In this document: positions 1-10,341 of the stretch, piece after piece
How positions within the stretch are numbered: position 1 is the first letter of the stretch
Layout of the letters: every line of letters starts with the position of its first letter
Assembly: GCA_963827685.1 (NCBI GenBank)
Contig: CAWHBU010000007.1
Coordinates: 96,001-160,000, forward strand
From: an uncultured delta proteobacterium
Lineage (GTDB): Bacteria > Desulfobacterota > BSN033 > UBA1163
Direction: 5' to 3'
Length of the DNA stretch: 64,000 nt
Translations under genes and position numbers: made by a program
The notes under the pieces: generated by a model
Told to the model about the DNA's origin: nothing
The model's input: only the letters and a program-made list of their open reading frames with translations
Database searches by the model: none

Positions 1-143
1 TTATCATAGTACACCTCCCTACCAAAAAGTTTCGTGAACGTCCTCTCAAGAAAGATGCAGATGCGGTTGGCCCTCTTTCTCCCGATGAGCCTCCCAAGAC
101 GATACTGAAATGACAGGATTTTGTTGATGATTGTGCTTCTCAT
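1..143 (-). CDS. Possible small basic ORF running off the window; a second ATG with RBS GGGAGGTG lies at 5-7
   Basis: ATG at 143 gives MRSTIINKILSFQYRLGRLIGRKR... open to the window edge, downstream of the riboswitch terminator. Confidence 0.3.
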   Translation of the reverse strand, partial: MRSTIINKILSFQYRLGRLIGRKRANRICIFLERTFTKLFGREVYYD

Positions 144-169
144 CGTATCTAAACCATTGCCCTTGAATT

Positions 170-213
170 AAAAAACCGGATTGCCTTTTTTGTGAAGCCA
201 CGGCAATCCGGTT
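170..213 (-). terminator. Intrinsic terminator, the likely expression platform of the c-di-GMP riboswitch
   Basis: Minus strand AACCGGATTGCC-loop-GGCAATCCGGTT followed by a T run. Confidence 0.8.
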
Positions 214-228
214 CCTGTAAGATTTGTC

Positions 229-355
229 TTCGGCAACCCGGCTATCCCAGTGGGACCCGCAGCTTTCCCCGCCTGCTCCGTCTTTGGAACAGGGGGCCCC
301 CGCCAGTTACGGCGGGCAGGCGTCCCACGATTACTCGTGGTTTGGCTTTATCGGC
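229..355 (-). ncRNA. c-di-GMP-I (GEMM-I) riboswitch aptamer interrupted by a 53-nt palindromic insert (268-320)
   Basis: Minus strand GATAAAGCCAAACCACGAGTAATCGTGGGACG[insert]GAAAGCTGCGGGTCCCACTGGGATAGCCGGGTTGCCGAA matches the GEMM-I consensus. Confidence 0.8.
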
Positions 356-392
356 AAATTTGATTTAAGATTTTTTCTATTGTCCTAATAGG

Positions 393-409
393 AGCAATTT
401 CAATGCCAA
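393..409 (-). promoter_or_regulatory. Sigma-54 (-24/-12) promoter
   Basis: Minus strand TTGGCATTGAAATTGCT (GG-N10-GC), about 40 nt upstream of the riboswitch. Confidence 0.7.
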
Positions 410-596
410 TAACAATTAATCCATATAAGGAGTTGATATTTAACGGTTTTCAAAAAAATATATTTTCACAAGAACAAAATTTATGACGTTTTTTGACTCA
501 AAAACTGCTAATGATCTGAAATAGGTAAGAGGAAATACAGAACCACACGTGACCTGCTTGTTTCGAAGTGCTTTCCTTATATTCTGCCTGCCTAAA

Positions 597-708
597 TCAA
601 CCCTTCGATTTTCCCCGGTCTAAAGCCCGGGGTTTGCTCAGGGTTGATACTGAGTGGCGCTTTTGACCCTGTCCTAAAGAACGGGGTTTGGCGCCGTCGA
701 AGTATCAA
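597..708. repeat. Composite palindromic repeat (CCCTTCGA..GCTCAGGG / CTGAG..GTCGAAG family) with two nested IS200/IS605-end-like hairpins
   Basis: Family half-motifs separated by CCCCGGTCTAAAGCCCGGGG and CCCTGTCCTAAAGAACGGGG; overlaps the protease stop codon. Confidence 0.55.
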
Positions 709-2768
709 TTTTTCAGCTGCGGGTTTTCAGCCCTGGCGCCGTTATCCTCGGCGTTCTCATAAACGACCAGATTACGCATGAACGTTTCCAGTTTCGCCTC
801 CATCTCTTTCTGACCGACGTTCCCCTGCTTGATGAACGCGACTGTGTACAGAACGGAGCCGGAGGCTGCTTCCTTTTTCGCCGCTTGGCTGCCTCGGTTG
901 TATGTCGTCGAGATGATCGTAACCTTATCCTTGTAATAAGAAGAGCGATCGTAGGGGAATTTTCGCTCCACCATATTCTCCCAATTGCTCTGATATTGAT
1001 CGCCAAGCTCTTTCGGAGGCTTCATCGTTCTTGAGACAGCGCAACCAATCTGATTGTATTTTTCTTCGGTTATCATAATCCCGTTGGTGTCCCAAACCAT
1101 CTTGCCCTTTTCTTCAAAGTAGCCGAAATCAAGCTGGAAGCTACTCTTATCAGAAATTTTCATGACATCGGGGCCGTAGGACAGATAGAGTCTCGCCGAT
1201 TTGTACCGGAAAATCTTATTGTTCTCAATATGAATGTCTATAGTTGAAAAGATGGAGGGGAGGAGGTTTTTCATGCTCAGGAATTCCTGCCATTCTTTGA
1301 ACGTGCCGTAATAAGACACATAAATAAAATCCGAGAGCACTTTCAGGTCGGGGATGTCTCCCTGGTCAACGTTACCCGTCTGGTCCGTTCTCATCATAAC
1401 AATGCACCCTCCGGGAACCGGGAGAGAAAAGGTCACCACCTTTCTGTCGTCATATTCGATCAGCCATGTACACGCCATCCAGATCCTTCCGTAGGAATCC
1501 GTGAATCGGTAGTCTTCAAAGGCACGGCCCATCGACGTGATCTTGATATTTTCCGGTCCGATCTCTCTGTAACGACCACCCCCCTTGAGGATCATATCCA
1601 TAAACAGCTTCGAGTCGCCATAAAACGTTTCCAGAGGGACGTCGTCCGGTTTACGGATATAAAGGAAGACCGTGCTGCCCAGAGTGCCGTAGGTGAGATG
1701 GCCATTGTCTCCCAGGTCGGCATCTCTCGTCCCGCTGGGATAATAGGCATCCCAGTTGCCGTCCTTACCCTTCATAATGAGACGAGGGAAGACCGCGCTA
1801 TAACTCTTATAGAACAGCCGGGTTGATCCTGGGCCATGAGGAAATATGGTTTCCCGATTCTCGGCAAGAAGGCCCTTGAGGAGTTTGCTGGAAAACTGAG
1901 CTGTGATCGCATTCAGCTCGCTGTCCAATTCCTGGTAGGTCTTGGGCAGGGTGATCTCTTTTTTCAGCATTTCTCTCTTGGTCATGTCCATATTATCAAG
2001 GGTATAGCGCATTTTCGTTTGAACGACTGCCGCATTCTTGTTGGCATTGACGACTTCAAGGATCGGGACGGCGTAATTGAGGTTCTCGTTCGGGGACTTT
2101 CTCAGGACGATGCCGATGACTTTTCCATTCTGGTCAAGGAGCGGACCACCGCTATTGCCGGGAGAGGCCGCAGCAGAGAAACGTATCCACTTCCACTCCC
2201 CTGCTTCTTCTTCAGGTGTGTCGGACGTATAGAGACCATCTCTGATTACAACTCCCTCCCCGAGGGCATTGCCTACGGCATACACTTTTTGATTGACCCG
2301 GGGGTTCTTATTCGTTGACAAAAATCCTTTTGCTTTGGCATTGAGGAGTGAGAAGACGATGAAATCCCTGTTTTTCGAGTACTTGAGGACCTTTCCGATG
2401 GAGTAAACTTTCCCTTCCTTATCTCTGAGAAAGATCTCCTTGAATTGACTCCCACTCCCCAGGTTCATGACATGCGCTGCCGATACAAACTCCGAAGGGC
2501 TGATGGCGAACGCCGTACCGATCGAATAGTATTTGTCCGTCCGTATGGAATAGGGGAGAAGGTCCATGGGTAAGGGTTTTTCGTATTGCAGGGAGTCGTT
2601 CGTCGGCTTCAGCACCACGACCTCATACACTGCATCACTGATTGCATCCATCACACGGGAGTCCAGTGTTGTGCCTTTCGAAGCTGTCCCGTGGGGTCCC
2701 GCACACCCGATCAAATAAAGAAAAAGAAAGCCCGCCACAATGACCAGCACATTCCTCAACGCCTTCAT
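705..2768 (-). CDS. Trypsin-like serine protease (S1C type), probable lipoprotein
   Basis: SAAH and GNSGGP catalytic motifs; signal peptide with LIGC lipobox after MKALRNV. Confidence 0.8.
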   Translation of the reverse strand: MKALRNVLVIVAGFLFLYLIGCAGPHGTASKGTTLDSRVMDAISDAVYEVVVLKPTNDSLQYEKPLPMDLLPYSIRTDKYYSIGTAFAISPSEFVSAAHVMNLGSGSQFKEIFLRDKEGKVYSIGKVLKYSKNRDFIVFSLLNAKAKGFLSTNKNPRVNQKVYAVGNALGEGVVIRDGLYTSDTPEEEAGEWKWIRFSAAASPGNSGGPLLDQNGKVIGIVLRKSPNENLNYAVPILEVVNANKNAAVVQTKMRYTLDNMDMTKREMLKKEITLPKTYQELDSELNAITAQFSSKLLKGLLAENRETIFPHGPGSTRLFYKSYSAVFPRLIMKGKDGNWDAYYPSGTRDADLGDNGHLTYGTLGSTVFLYIRKPDDVPLETFYGDSKLFMDMILKGGGRYREIGPENIKITSMGRAFEDYRFTDSYGRIWMACTWLIEYDDRKVVTFSLPVPGGCIVMMRTDQTGNVDQGDIPDLKVLSDFIYVSYYGTFKEWQEFLSMKNLLPSIFSTIDIHIENNKIFRYKSARLYLSYGPDVMKISDKSSFQLDFGYFEEKGKMVWDTNGIMITEEKYNQIGCAVSRTMKPPKELGDQYQSNWENMVERKFPYDRSSYYKDKVTIISTTYNRGSQAAKKEAASGSVLYTVAFIKQGNVGQKEMEAKLETFMRNLVVYENAEDNGARAENPQLKN

Positions 2769-2956
2769 ACCCTTTGTCTCCTTTGCGATCGAATCCTGTT
2801 GACTATCATCTCCTGCAGCAATCACGCCCTGCATCTTAACACGATTCTTTCCTCAATGACAATTCCTTGAGGTGGACGGGGCGGGGTAAAGGGGGCACAA
2901 TCTAAAATGATAGCACTTCACCGGGAAGCCCCGCTGGGGAGCTTCAATTGAAAAGC

Positions 2957-2998
2957 TATGCTCACTGGGGATGATACGCAATCCCCCAGTGAGCATAC
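2957..2998 (-). terminator. Strong hairpin, probable terminator
   Basis: TATGCTCACTGGGG..CCCCAGTGAGCATA just downstream of the CDS ending at 3019. Confidence 0.6.
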
Positions 2999-3018
2999 TT
3001 AGACAGTTGAGTTAACGT

Positions 3019-3699
3019 TTATTTAGTAGGAATTATGGTGTTCAAGGTAGTAGCCAACCGGGTGGCAATCACAGTCATGATATTGTTGAGCATTAAGACT
3101 GAATTCCCACCCCAGGTTCCAGAAGCGCCGGTATCCCTCGTATAGATGCGCATGCAGGGGTTGGCTTTGCCGGGTTCATAAATTTCACAGACGGCTGAAC
3201 AGCCGGCTCTGCCTGCTCCCATTCCAACCCAGGCACGGGCTGCTCGGCTCCCGGGATTGCATTCGACCACCGCACCCTCAATAAGCAAGGCATCGGGAGA
3301 ATCTTTCTGAGTTAGTTTAAGAGAGCTTTTAAAAACCGAGTTAAAGAGCGCAACATAGGGATCGTAGGAAAAGGCACTCTGTTGCGGCAACAATCGGTCG
3401 CCAAATTCCGATACCTTCACCGAACTATATTGAGAAAGGTTTACCGCCGGATCCCTCCAGATAAGAATGTTGTGCCCAGCCTTCTGCATGCCACTGATAT
3501 ACTCTTTAACGTTAAAAGCATGATCAGGATAGTTATTAAAGCTTTTAAACGATGCTGGGGTGGGTTGAGTCGATGCTGTACTGGCGGCAGTGTCAGATGT
3601 CGAAGATGGCTTGTCCTGGGCGATTACACCTGTACTCACCAATGCAATGACGAAACCTGCCACTACGAAATAGTCTGCAAATCGCTTCATTTTCGTCAT
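3019..3699 (-). CDS. Exported protein, DUF4410-like
   Basis: Signal peptide; PGSRAARAWVGMGAG motif. Confidence 0.6.
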   Translation of the reverse strand: MTKMKRFADYFVVAGFVIALVSTGVIAQDKPSSTSDTAASTASTQPTPASFKSFNNYPDHAFNVKEYISGMQKAGHNILIWRDPAVNLSQYSSVKVSEFGDRLLPQQSAFSYDPYVALFNSVFKSSLKLTQKDSPDALLIEGAVVECNPGSRAARAWVGMGAGRAGCSAVCEIYEPGKANPCMRIYTRDTGASGTWGGNSVLMLNNIMTVIATRLATTLNTIIPTK

Positions 3700-4002
3700 A
3701 TCTCCTCCCTTTGTTACTGTATTCTGTTATTCTTACATAGTTCAACTCTTATCTTAAAAAATGATAAGGACTCGCTCGTGGTTGAGTTCAATATACGAGA
3801 AACGGAGTTATGTGTCAAGCAAAAACGCAAAAAGATATGTCGGAATTTTGGGATATCCTACTCAATTCCACGTGGTTTCAGAATAGTTTCTTGACAGATA
3901 AAAGAATCCGGCCCGCTTCCCCCGATGATTTGAAATAAGTATGGTGTCAATACAATAGAATATGTGGAAATGTGGAATACCTGACGACACACAAAGGCAT
4001 GA

Positions 4003-5070
4003 TCACTTGGGTTTTGCGCGATGGTATTGACGCGGCCAGGGTACGTCAACATTAAAGGTTTTGGCAGCGTGGAGCGGCCAGTAAGGGTCTCGCAGTAGTT
4101 CTCTGGCAATAATAATAACATCCGCTTGGCCGGTTGTTAGAATTTGTTCAGCCTGCACAGGATCTGTAATTAAACCCACCGCACCGGTAGCTATGCCAAC
4201 TTTTGAGCGAATCTCAGCAGCAAAAGGAGTTTGAAATCCTGGTCCCACAGGGATTTTGGCATAGGGCACCAGCCCACCACTTGAACAGTCGATTAGATCA
4301 ACACCGATCTCCTTGAGCCAACGGGAAAATTCCACTGACTGAGGTAGATCCCAACCGCCGTCCACCCAATCTGTGCATGAGATACGTACAAGAAGAGGGA
4401 AGTCTGAAGGCAAGCTTTCCCGAATCGTTCTGGCTACCCACAAGGGAAATCGTGTTCGGTTTTGAAGACTGCCACCATACTCGTCAGTCCTTTGATTCGA
4501 AATGGGAGAGAGGAATTCGTGAAGGAGATAGCCGTGAGCCATGTGGATTTCTATGACTCTAAAACCGGCCTCTAAACTGCGACGGGCTGCCGCCACAAAT
4601 TGAGAAACCACTTCCTCCAGATCCTCCTTTGCCATTTCAAGCGGGACAGGAGAATTTTCGCTGAAGGCAATGGGGCTGGGGGCCAAAGGCTGCCATCCTC
4701 CCTCGTTGATTGCCAGGGGTTTCTCGCCACGCCACGGGACATCGGTTGAAGCCTTACGTCCGGCATGAGCGAGTTGGATGCCCGCCACGGCCCCTTGTCC
4801 TTCAATAAAAGCAGTAATACGTTTGAAGGCTTGAACATGCCTGTCAGACCAAATGCCGCTATCCCATGGCGAGATACGCCCCTCTGGTGAAACTCCGGTA
4901 GCTTCAACGATGACAAGTGAGACTCCTCCAACGGCATGGCTACCCAGATGAACTAAATGCCAGTCCGTCGGCATACCCTCTTCACTGGAGTATTGACACA
5001 TAGGAGAGAGAAAAATACGATTCTTGAATTCAACACCCCTTAGACTAAAACCAGAGAATAATTTATTCAC
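4003..5070 (-). CDS. NADH:flavin oxidoreductase (Old Yellow Enzyme, YqjM/NamA-like)
   Basis: SPMCQYS, QLAHAGRK and HMAHGYL motifs. Confidence 0.9.
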   Translation of the reverse strand: MNKLFSGFSLRGVEFKNRIFLSPMCQYSSEEGMPTDWHLVHLGSHAVGGVSLVIVEATGVSPEGRISPWDSGIWSDRHVQAFKRITAFIEGQGAVAGIQLAHAGRKASTDVPWRGEKPLAINEGGWQPLAPSPIAFSENSPVPLEMAKEDLEEVVSQFVAAARRSLEAGFRVIEIHMAHGYLLHEFLSPISNQRTDEYGGSLQNRTRFPLWVARTIRESLPSDFPLLVRISCTDWVDGGWDLPQSVEFSRWLKEIGVDLIDCSSGGLVPYAKIPVGPGFQTPFAAEIRSKVGIATGAVGLITDPVQAEQILTTGQADVIIIARELLRDPYWPLHAAKTFNVDVPWPRQYHRAKPK

Positions 5071-5343
5071 GATGAATCACCTCGCCCACAACTAAGGTAT
5101 CACTGTACACCATATAATAAAAAGGGCGGGCAAGGTAAATACGGCGAATTACGTATTTCATAATGAAACATACTGTATTTCGATGTCCTCAGGGTTGGCT
5201 CATTTTGCTTGAAAAAAACAAAGTGGGAAGTGCGGCAGGAAGAAAGAGGGGAACATCGGTGAAGATGCAAATTGACGTAGAATGAGAAAATGGTTAGGAT
5301 GGGACGGGCAGCGAATGGATACCGTTAGAACGGAGGGCTGTGT

Positions 5344-6168
5344 ATGAAAATGCAGTGTTATGTTTATACTGGAACCGGCAATTCACTATGGATTGCACGT
5401 CAGCTCGCACTGGAGTTAAAAGAGGTCAGTCTTCACTTTATGCCGTCCTTATCAAGAGATTCTAAGGTGGAAGCTGATGGAGTGGGTATCTTTTTCCCGG
5501 TCCACATTTGGGGATTGCCCATCCGCGTCATCCAGTTTATCAATCATCTTCAAGTTAACCCCCAGACCTACTTTTTCGCCCTGGCTGTCAACGCCGGGCA
5601 GCCCGCTGCCACACTGCTTCAGCTGCAAAAGTTGATGTCAACCCGGCAACTATCGCTCGCCCTGGGCTATTCCATTGTCATGCCTTCCAATTACACCCCC
5701 TGGGGCGGTCCTGGACCAATGGATACTCAGCAGCGGCTGTACAGGCAAGCCCAGGAAAAGGCGAAGGCGATTGCCGGCCCTATACTTCGGGGTGAGCGAA
5801 AAAAGGTGGACAGAGGACCTCTTTGGCAGAACATCCTGTTCTCCTGGATCTATAAGATGTCTTATCGGCATGTTTACAGAATGGATAAGAATTTCTGGGC
5901 GGACGACAAATGCAATAGCTGTGGAATCTGCTCGAGGGTCTGTCCGGCCAACAATATCGAGATGATCAATGAAAGACCGGCACGGCTTCACCGATGCGAA
6001 CAATGCTTAGCCTGCCTGCAGTGGTGCCCGCAGGAAGCCATTCAGTATGGGAAGAAAACCGTCAAATACCCGCGGTATCATCACCCTGAAGTCACTTTGG
6101 AGGACATGCTCGAACAAGCGAAAGCCAGTAAAGGTGAAACCCGGGCGTCAATACTAATCAGTCCATAA
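5344..6168 (+). CDS. EFR1-type flavodoxin-ferredoxin fusion
   Basis: TGTGNS flavodoxin loop plus two CxxCxxCxxxCP motifs; the stop codon lies inside the downstream MITE end. Confidence 0.85.
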   Translation: MKMQCYVYTGTGNSLWIARQLALELKEVSLHFMPSLSRDSKVEADGVGIFFPVHIWGLPIRVIQFINHLQVNPQTYFFALAVNAGQPAATLLQLQKLMSTRQLSLALGYSIVMPSNYTPWGGPGPMDTQQRLYRQAQEKAKAIAGPILRGERKKVDRGPLWQNILFSWIYKMSYRHVYRMDKNFWADDKCNSCGICSRVCPANNIEMINERPARLHRCEQCLACLQWCPQEAIQYGKKTVKYPRYHHPEVTLEDMLEQAKASKGETRASILISP

Positions 6169-6363
6169 TTGTATGGACGTTGAAGCCCAAATCCCTCCTA
6201 CCCTCCCTTTACAAAAGGGAGGAATTCCCCCTCTTTGATAATCCTTTTCCTGTCATTAGACAGGCAAAGAGGGGCCGTTCGACAGGGCTCACGGCCATGA
6301 GCTTGTCGAATGGTTAGGGGAGATTTTTACAACAATATGTCTTTTCAATTATGGACTCCTTAG
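6154..6363. mobile_element. MITE-like element with nested palindromes
   Basis: Terminal IR CTAATCAGTCCATAATTG / CAATTATGGACTCCTTAG (16/18 match); internal CCCTTT..AAAGGG, CCTGTC..GACAGG and TTCGAC..GCTCA..TGAGC..GTCGAA hairpins. Confidence 0.6.
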
Positions 6364-6480
6364 CAATTTCAGGATTCTCTCACCATTTCAAATGGCACTG
6401 ATTGTCCTCCAAGCGACGGCATTTGTAGGATTTTGAAGCTATTTCAACCCGACCAGGGCTCCCAATTTTTTCACATCTTC

Positions 6481-7350
6481 TCAGTCGCTCACTTCTTGTC
6501 TCTTATGGGCTTCGTACCTTTGCCGCCCCTCCTTAAAAAGTCTTTCTTCCTCTTCCGTCGTGATCAGGAGAGGGGGCACTTCCGTGGGCTTGCCCGTCTT
6601 GTCCAGAGATACATAAATGAAATTGGCGGTCAATGCCTTTTGCTTCTTCTCTTGAGCGATGTTTTCGGTTTCCACTTCGACGCGAATCTCCATGGAGGAA
6701 TGGCCGACGAAGGTCAGCGAGGCATGAACCAGTAATACATCCCCTACCCTCACAGGTTTCAAAAAAAATATATTATCCACCCTGACGGTGACAACGTTCG
6801 TATGGGCATGGCGGGCCGCTACAACGCCGGCGGCATTATCCATGATCTTCATAACTTCTCCACCATGAACGTAGCCCGCCAGGTTGGCCTGGTGGGGCAA
6901 CATCAGTTGGGCCATGACAACGGAAGAATGTCCCACGGTCCTTTCTTTGGGAGTGATCTGTTCATCAAACTGTTTTAACAGATTAAGACAAATTTCTTCG
7001 TGTTTCGCCTCCACCTTACTCATCCCCTCGAAACATCCGGCGATCTCCCCGAAACCTTCTTCTCTCGCCGTCTTGGCGAATTCAGGATACATGACGGTGC
7101 CCTCATATTTCTCTCTTTGGGCGACAGCCTCGAGGTTCTTCCTTGTATCTTTAATGTGGCCGAGGAACTCAAAATGCGTCCTGGCATGCTCTCCCTCATT
7201 TTGGGCGATCTCCCAAAAGACATCGGCGATATGGTCGTGACCTGCTTTTCTGGCCGCATCGGCATAGTACGTATAAGTATTCTGAGCCCGCGATTCATCG
7301 GCGAACGCGTTCTCTAAATTTTTCTCTGTCCCGCTTTCTTTCAAGTTCAT
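6481..7350 (-). CDS. Rubrerythrin (di-iron) domain fused to an acyl-CoA thioesterase (hotdog, YciA-like)
   Basis: N-terminal ES..Y..NE.EHA..MYPEFA..E..H motifs; C-terminal NLAGYVHGG..MD motif. Confidence 0.8.
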   Translation of the reverse strand: MNLKESGTEKNLENAFADESRAQNTYTYYADAARKAGHDHIADVFWEIAQNEGEHARTHFEFLGHIKDTRKNLEAVAQREKYEGTVMYPEFAKTAREEGFGEIAGCFEGMSKVEAKHEEICLNLLKQFDEQITPKERTVGHSSVVMAQLMLPHQANLAGYVHGGEVMKIMDNAAGVVAARHAHTNVVTVRVDNIFFLKPVRVGDVLLVHASLTFVGHSSMEIRVEVETENIAQEKKQKALTANFIYVSLDKTGKPTEVPPLLITTEEEERLFKEGRQRYEAHKRQEVSD

Positions 7351-7489
7351 TCCTTTCCCCCTCTTGAGAACTCCTTCCTGAAATAGGTAAAGTGACTATC
7401 ATTATCAATATAGAACACGGTCTTTCTCTATTCAACTGCTTTTTCTGAAAAGTAAGCATCTTTTTTTTTCGTCACAACCGTGAAACAGT

Positions 7490-7559
7490 CCCCTCACCCT
7501 ATCCCTCTCCCCTTGCCTGCCTGCCGGTAGGCAGGGGGGAGAGGGATAGGGTGAGAGGG
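7490..7559. repeat. REP-like palindrome (CCCTCACCCT..CCCTCTCCC..GGGAGAGGG) with nested CCTGCCTGCCGGTAGGCAGG
   Basis: Near-perfect long hairpin; same family as the DUF559 flanks. Confidence 0.75.
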
Positions 7560-7720
7560 AACATAAGTGATCAGGTCAGTGGGACTCGAAACCGAGAAGG
7601 AACCTTCACACTGTGGAGTAATAAGCTTTTTTTATTGCGGTGGGTGAACAGGTAAAGGATAGGGCAGAAATATAGGATATAATGAGTAGTACTCGGCAGG
7701 ACAAATAAGGAAGTTGCGCC

Positions 7721-8471
7721 TCATTTAATCGGGATTTCGAAAGGCCTCCCGTTGTGCGAAAACCGTACCCGGTCGGGGTAGATCTCCTCAATCTTCACCC
7801 CTTCGACGACAGAGCCCTCGTTGGCGATTACACCGTTGACCATAACGAAGCGTTTCGAGGGGCTCTTCATACCAGACGATCGCCGATAATTTTAACGACG
7901 GCAAAGTCGTGGCAGATCCGTTTGAGGGGGGTGCACCGATCTTAGAAGTTTTGCCCTCTGGAGGGGTCTCGATCTTTGGAGGCACCCGACTTACTCTTTC
8001 TCGAGCGTCACGAGCCGGTTCCTGGGAAAGTGGGGCAGGTGCAACCGGCTGACTCGGCACAGGAGGATTCGTCGGTGCAGGGGGGGATGATTTCGACGGA
8101 AAGCCGGAATCCAGTGGAACAGGCGCCCGTTGTTGAGTCGGTGTAGGAAGATTCGTCGGCCCAGGTGGCGAAGATCTCGACAGCAAGCTGGAATCCGGCG
8201 GAGCAGTTGCAATCAGCTGAGTCGATACAGGGGGACTCTTCTGCTCAGGTGGCGATGATTTGGGCAGAAACCCGAACTTCAACATTACGGCATAGGTAAT
8301 GACGACAGCGGCGATTGCTGTAAGGCAGACAGTGGCAACATACAGCGGAAATTTTTTCCCGGGACGGGGCAGATCGGGCCTGAGAATCTCGATGGCGATA
8401 TTGGCCGCTGCGCTCCGGCGAGACAACTTTTCGCGATCGAGTTTTCTCAGAGCATCCAGTATCACGCTCAT
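7721..8471 (-). pseudogene. exeB: GspB/ExeB-like protein with one extra base (real frameshift or sequencing error)
   Basis: MSVILDALRK start, TM segment and Pro-rich linker; C-terminus ..KRFAMVNG..EGVKIEEIYPDRVRF in another frame; G4 run at 7859-7862; length is 3n+1. Confidence 0.7.
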
Positions 8472-10105
8472 TTTCGTCCCACCGTGAGTCTCGGAAGTTC
8501 AAAACGTTTGATGGATCCATATAAAAACATCAGTGTCTGCCCCCCCACGATACCATCTTCATCAATTCCCCTGGACGACTGAAACTTTTTGACGGCCAGA
8601 ACAGTATCGCCGTCATAAACCCCCGTCAAGGGCCTGCTGTAGACTCCTGCCTCTCTGAGAAGGTCCTGAAGCCTTTTAATGTGGCCTCCCCCTGACCCCG
8701 GCGATATATTGGTCAGGAGATTCAAGGAATCCTTCCAGAGAACGAAGCCCTGGCCGGACCAGTGCTTTTCGAGCTCGCTCGACGAAAGGGATCTCCTCCC
8801 TGCAATCGGTGGATCGATAAGAAGCTGTTCGTTCTCCATGCCCACCAGCGAAATGAAGCGTTTCCCCGGTATATCCGGCAGGGTAAGTTCGAGAGCTGCC
8901 GGACAATCGATGCGAAGCAAGGTGCCCAGGTTTCCAGAAAATCTGTACAGACGGAGCTCCCGGTCAAGAGCTGCCCGTTCCATTCCGTTGAACTGGCTCA
9001 AGTTGACGCCTTCCGGGACGGGTGAAACTTTCCATAAGCTGGCCAAAGTATTAAAAGCCCTTCGGACGCTTTCTGATTCCGGGACCTTCCCGAGTTCAGC
9101 AACCATGGCACGGGAGAATCCTTCACCGGCAATAAGGGGGTCCTTGGGGGGCTGCTCCTCCGTTGCCTTGACGTGTGAAGCAATAAACCGGTTGATGAAA
9201 CCAGGCCGTGTCAAGTAGATTCCCGCCACAACGAGGGCCGCCAGGATGACAAATGTGGGGATCAGGATAAGACGTCGTTTCCGGGTATAGGACGTCGTAT
9301 TCCTTCTCATGTCTTTGATCCCTTCTGCAGCAATCTGGGAACTTATCCTCGCCGTGTCTCTTGTGTAGCCGGTCAGAAGCGCCCGATCGCAGGCCGCATT
9401 GATCAGTCTCGGGAGCCCACGTGAATACCTGTATATCCGCTTCAAGGCCCTCATGGAAAAGATGTCACCGCCCCTTCCTCCTGCTGCGACAAGCCGGTGG
9501 TTGACGTAAAGGACGGTGTCCTGAAAATCCATGGGCTGCAGATGATATCGCACGGTGATCCGCTGGCTGAGCTGCCTCATTTCGCTCCTCTCCAGAATCT
9601 GCAAAAGCTCGGGTTGTCCGGACAGGACGATCTGTATCAGCTTTTCCCTGTCTGTCTCCAAGTTCGAGATCAGCCGGATCTGCTCGAGCACCGGTGCTTC
9701 CAGATCTTGCGCCTCATCGATGACGAGAACGACAGTACGGCCCTCGGCATTTTGCTGGAGAAGAAACACGTTGAGGGCATCCAGGGAACTTGAGTTATTG
9801 GAAGGGTTGGATCGAATACCGAATTCCCGGTTTATGTTTTGAAGAAGCTCTGCCGGCGAAAGACAGGGATTGAAGATCAAGGCCGTAAGGTGATGATCCG
9901 CATCAAGCTGGCTGAGCAGTGCGCGCAAAACCGTTGTTTTCCCCGATCCCACCTCTCCTGTCAGGGCAATGAATCCTGCACGATTGTTAATGCCATACAG
10001 AAGGTGGGCAAAGGCTTCCTTGTGGGTCTTGCTCAGGAAGACAAAGCGGGGGTCGGGGGTCAGGTTAAAAGGCTTTTCCCGGAAACCATGAAAGTCGAGG
10101 TACAT
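8468..10105 (-). CDS. exeA: ExeA/GspA AAA ATPase with peptidoglycan-binding domain
   Basis: GEVGSGKT, IDEAQ and C-terminal FQ..GI..DGIVG motifs. Confidence 0.9.
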   Translation of the reverse strand: MYLDFHGFREKPFNLTPDPRFVFLSKTHKEAFAHLLYGINNRAGFIALTGEVGSGKTTVLRALLSQLDADHHLTALIFNPCLSPAELLQNINREFGIRSNPSNNSSSLDALNVFLLQQNAEGRTVVLVIDEAQDLEAPVLEQIRLISNLETDREKLIQIVLSGQPELLQILERSEMRQLSQRITVRYHLQPMDFQDTVLYVNHRLVAAGGRGGDIFSMRALKRIYRYSRGLPRLINAACDRALLTGYTRDTARISSQIAAEGIKDMRRNTTSYTRKRRLILIPTFVILAALVVAGIYLTRPGFINRFIASHVKATEEQPPKDPLIAGEGFSRAMVAELGKVPESESVRRAFNTLASLWKVSPVPEGVNLSQFNGMERAALDRELRLYRFSGNLGTLLRIDCPAALELTLPDIPGKRFISLVGMENEQLLIDPPIAGRRSLSSSELEKHWSGQGFVLWKDSLNLLTNISPGSGGGHIKRLQDLLREAGVYSRPLTGVYDGDTVLAVKKFQSSRGIDEDGIVGGQTLMFLYGSIKRFELPRLTVGRK

Positions 10106-10341
10106 CAGAGCAAATTCCTTGATACTTTCGTATCGTCAAATGGAAAAGGGGAAAAACAGAGAAACCGCAGAATATTGCTTCGATTCGGGCCATCTTAAAA
10201 TAGCAGATTCCAGGATGGATGTAAAACAAATTCTTGGGAGAGTAATCCCTCAGTTATCGTTGGCGGTGATTTGGTAGGGGTGCTGGGCGGATTTTCGAGA
10301 AGCTCCCACCTTCGAGGAGGCAAGCTTCCAAAAGATTTATA

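Noticed and set aside
7576-7600. tRNA-like T-arm fragment (GGTTTCGAGTCCCAC on the minus strand)
   Set aside because: No cloverleaf, acceptor stem or CCA end
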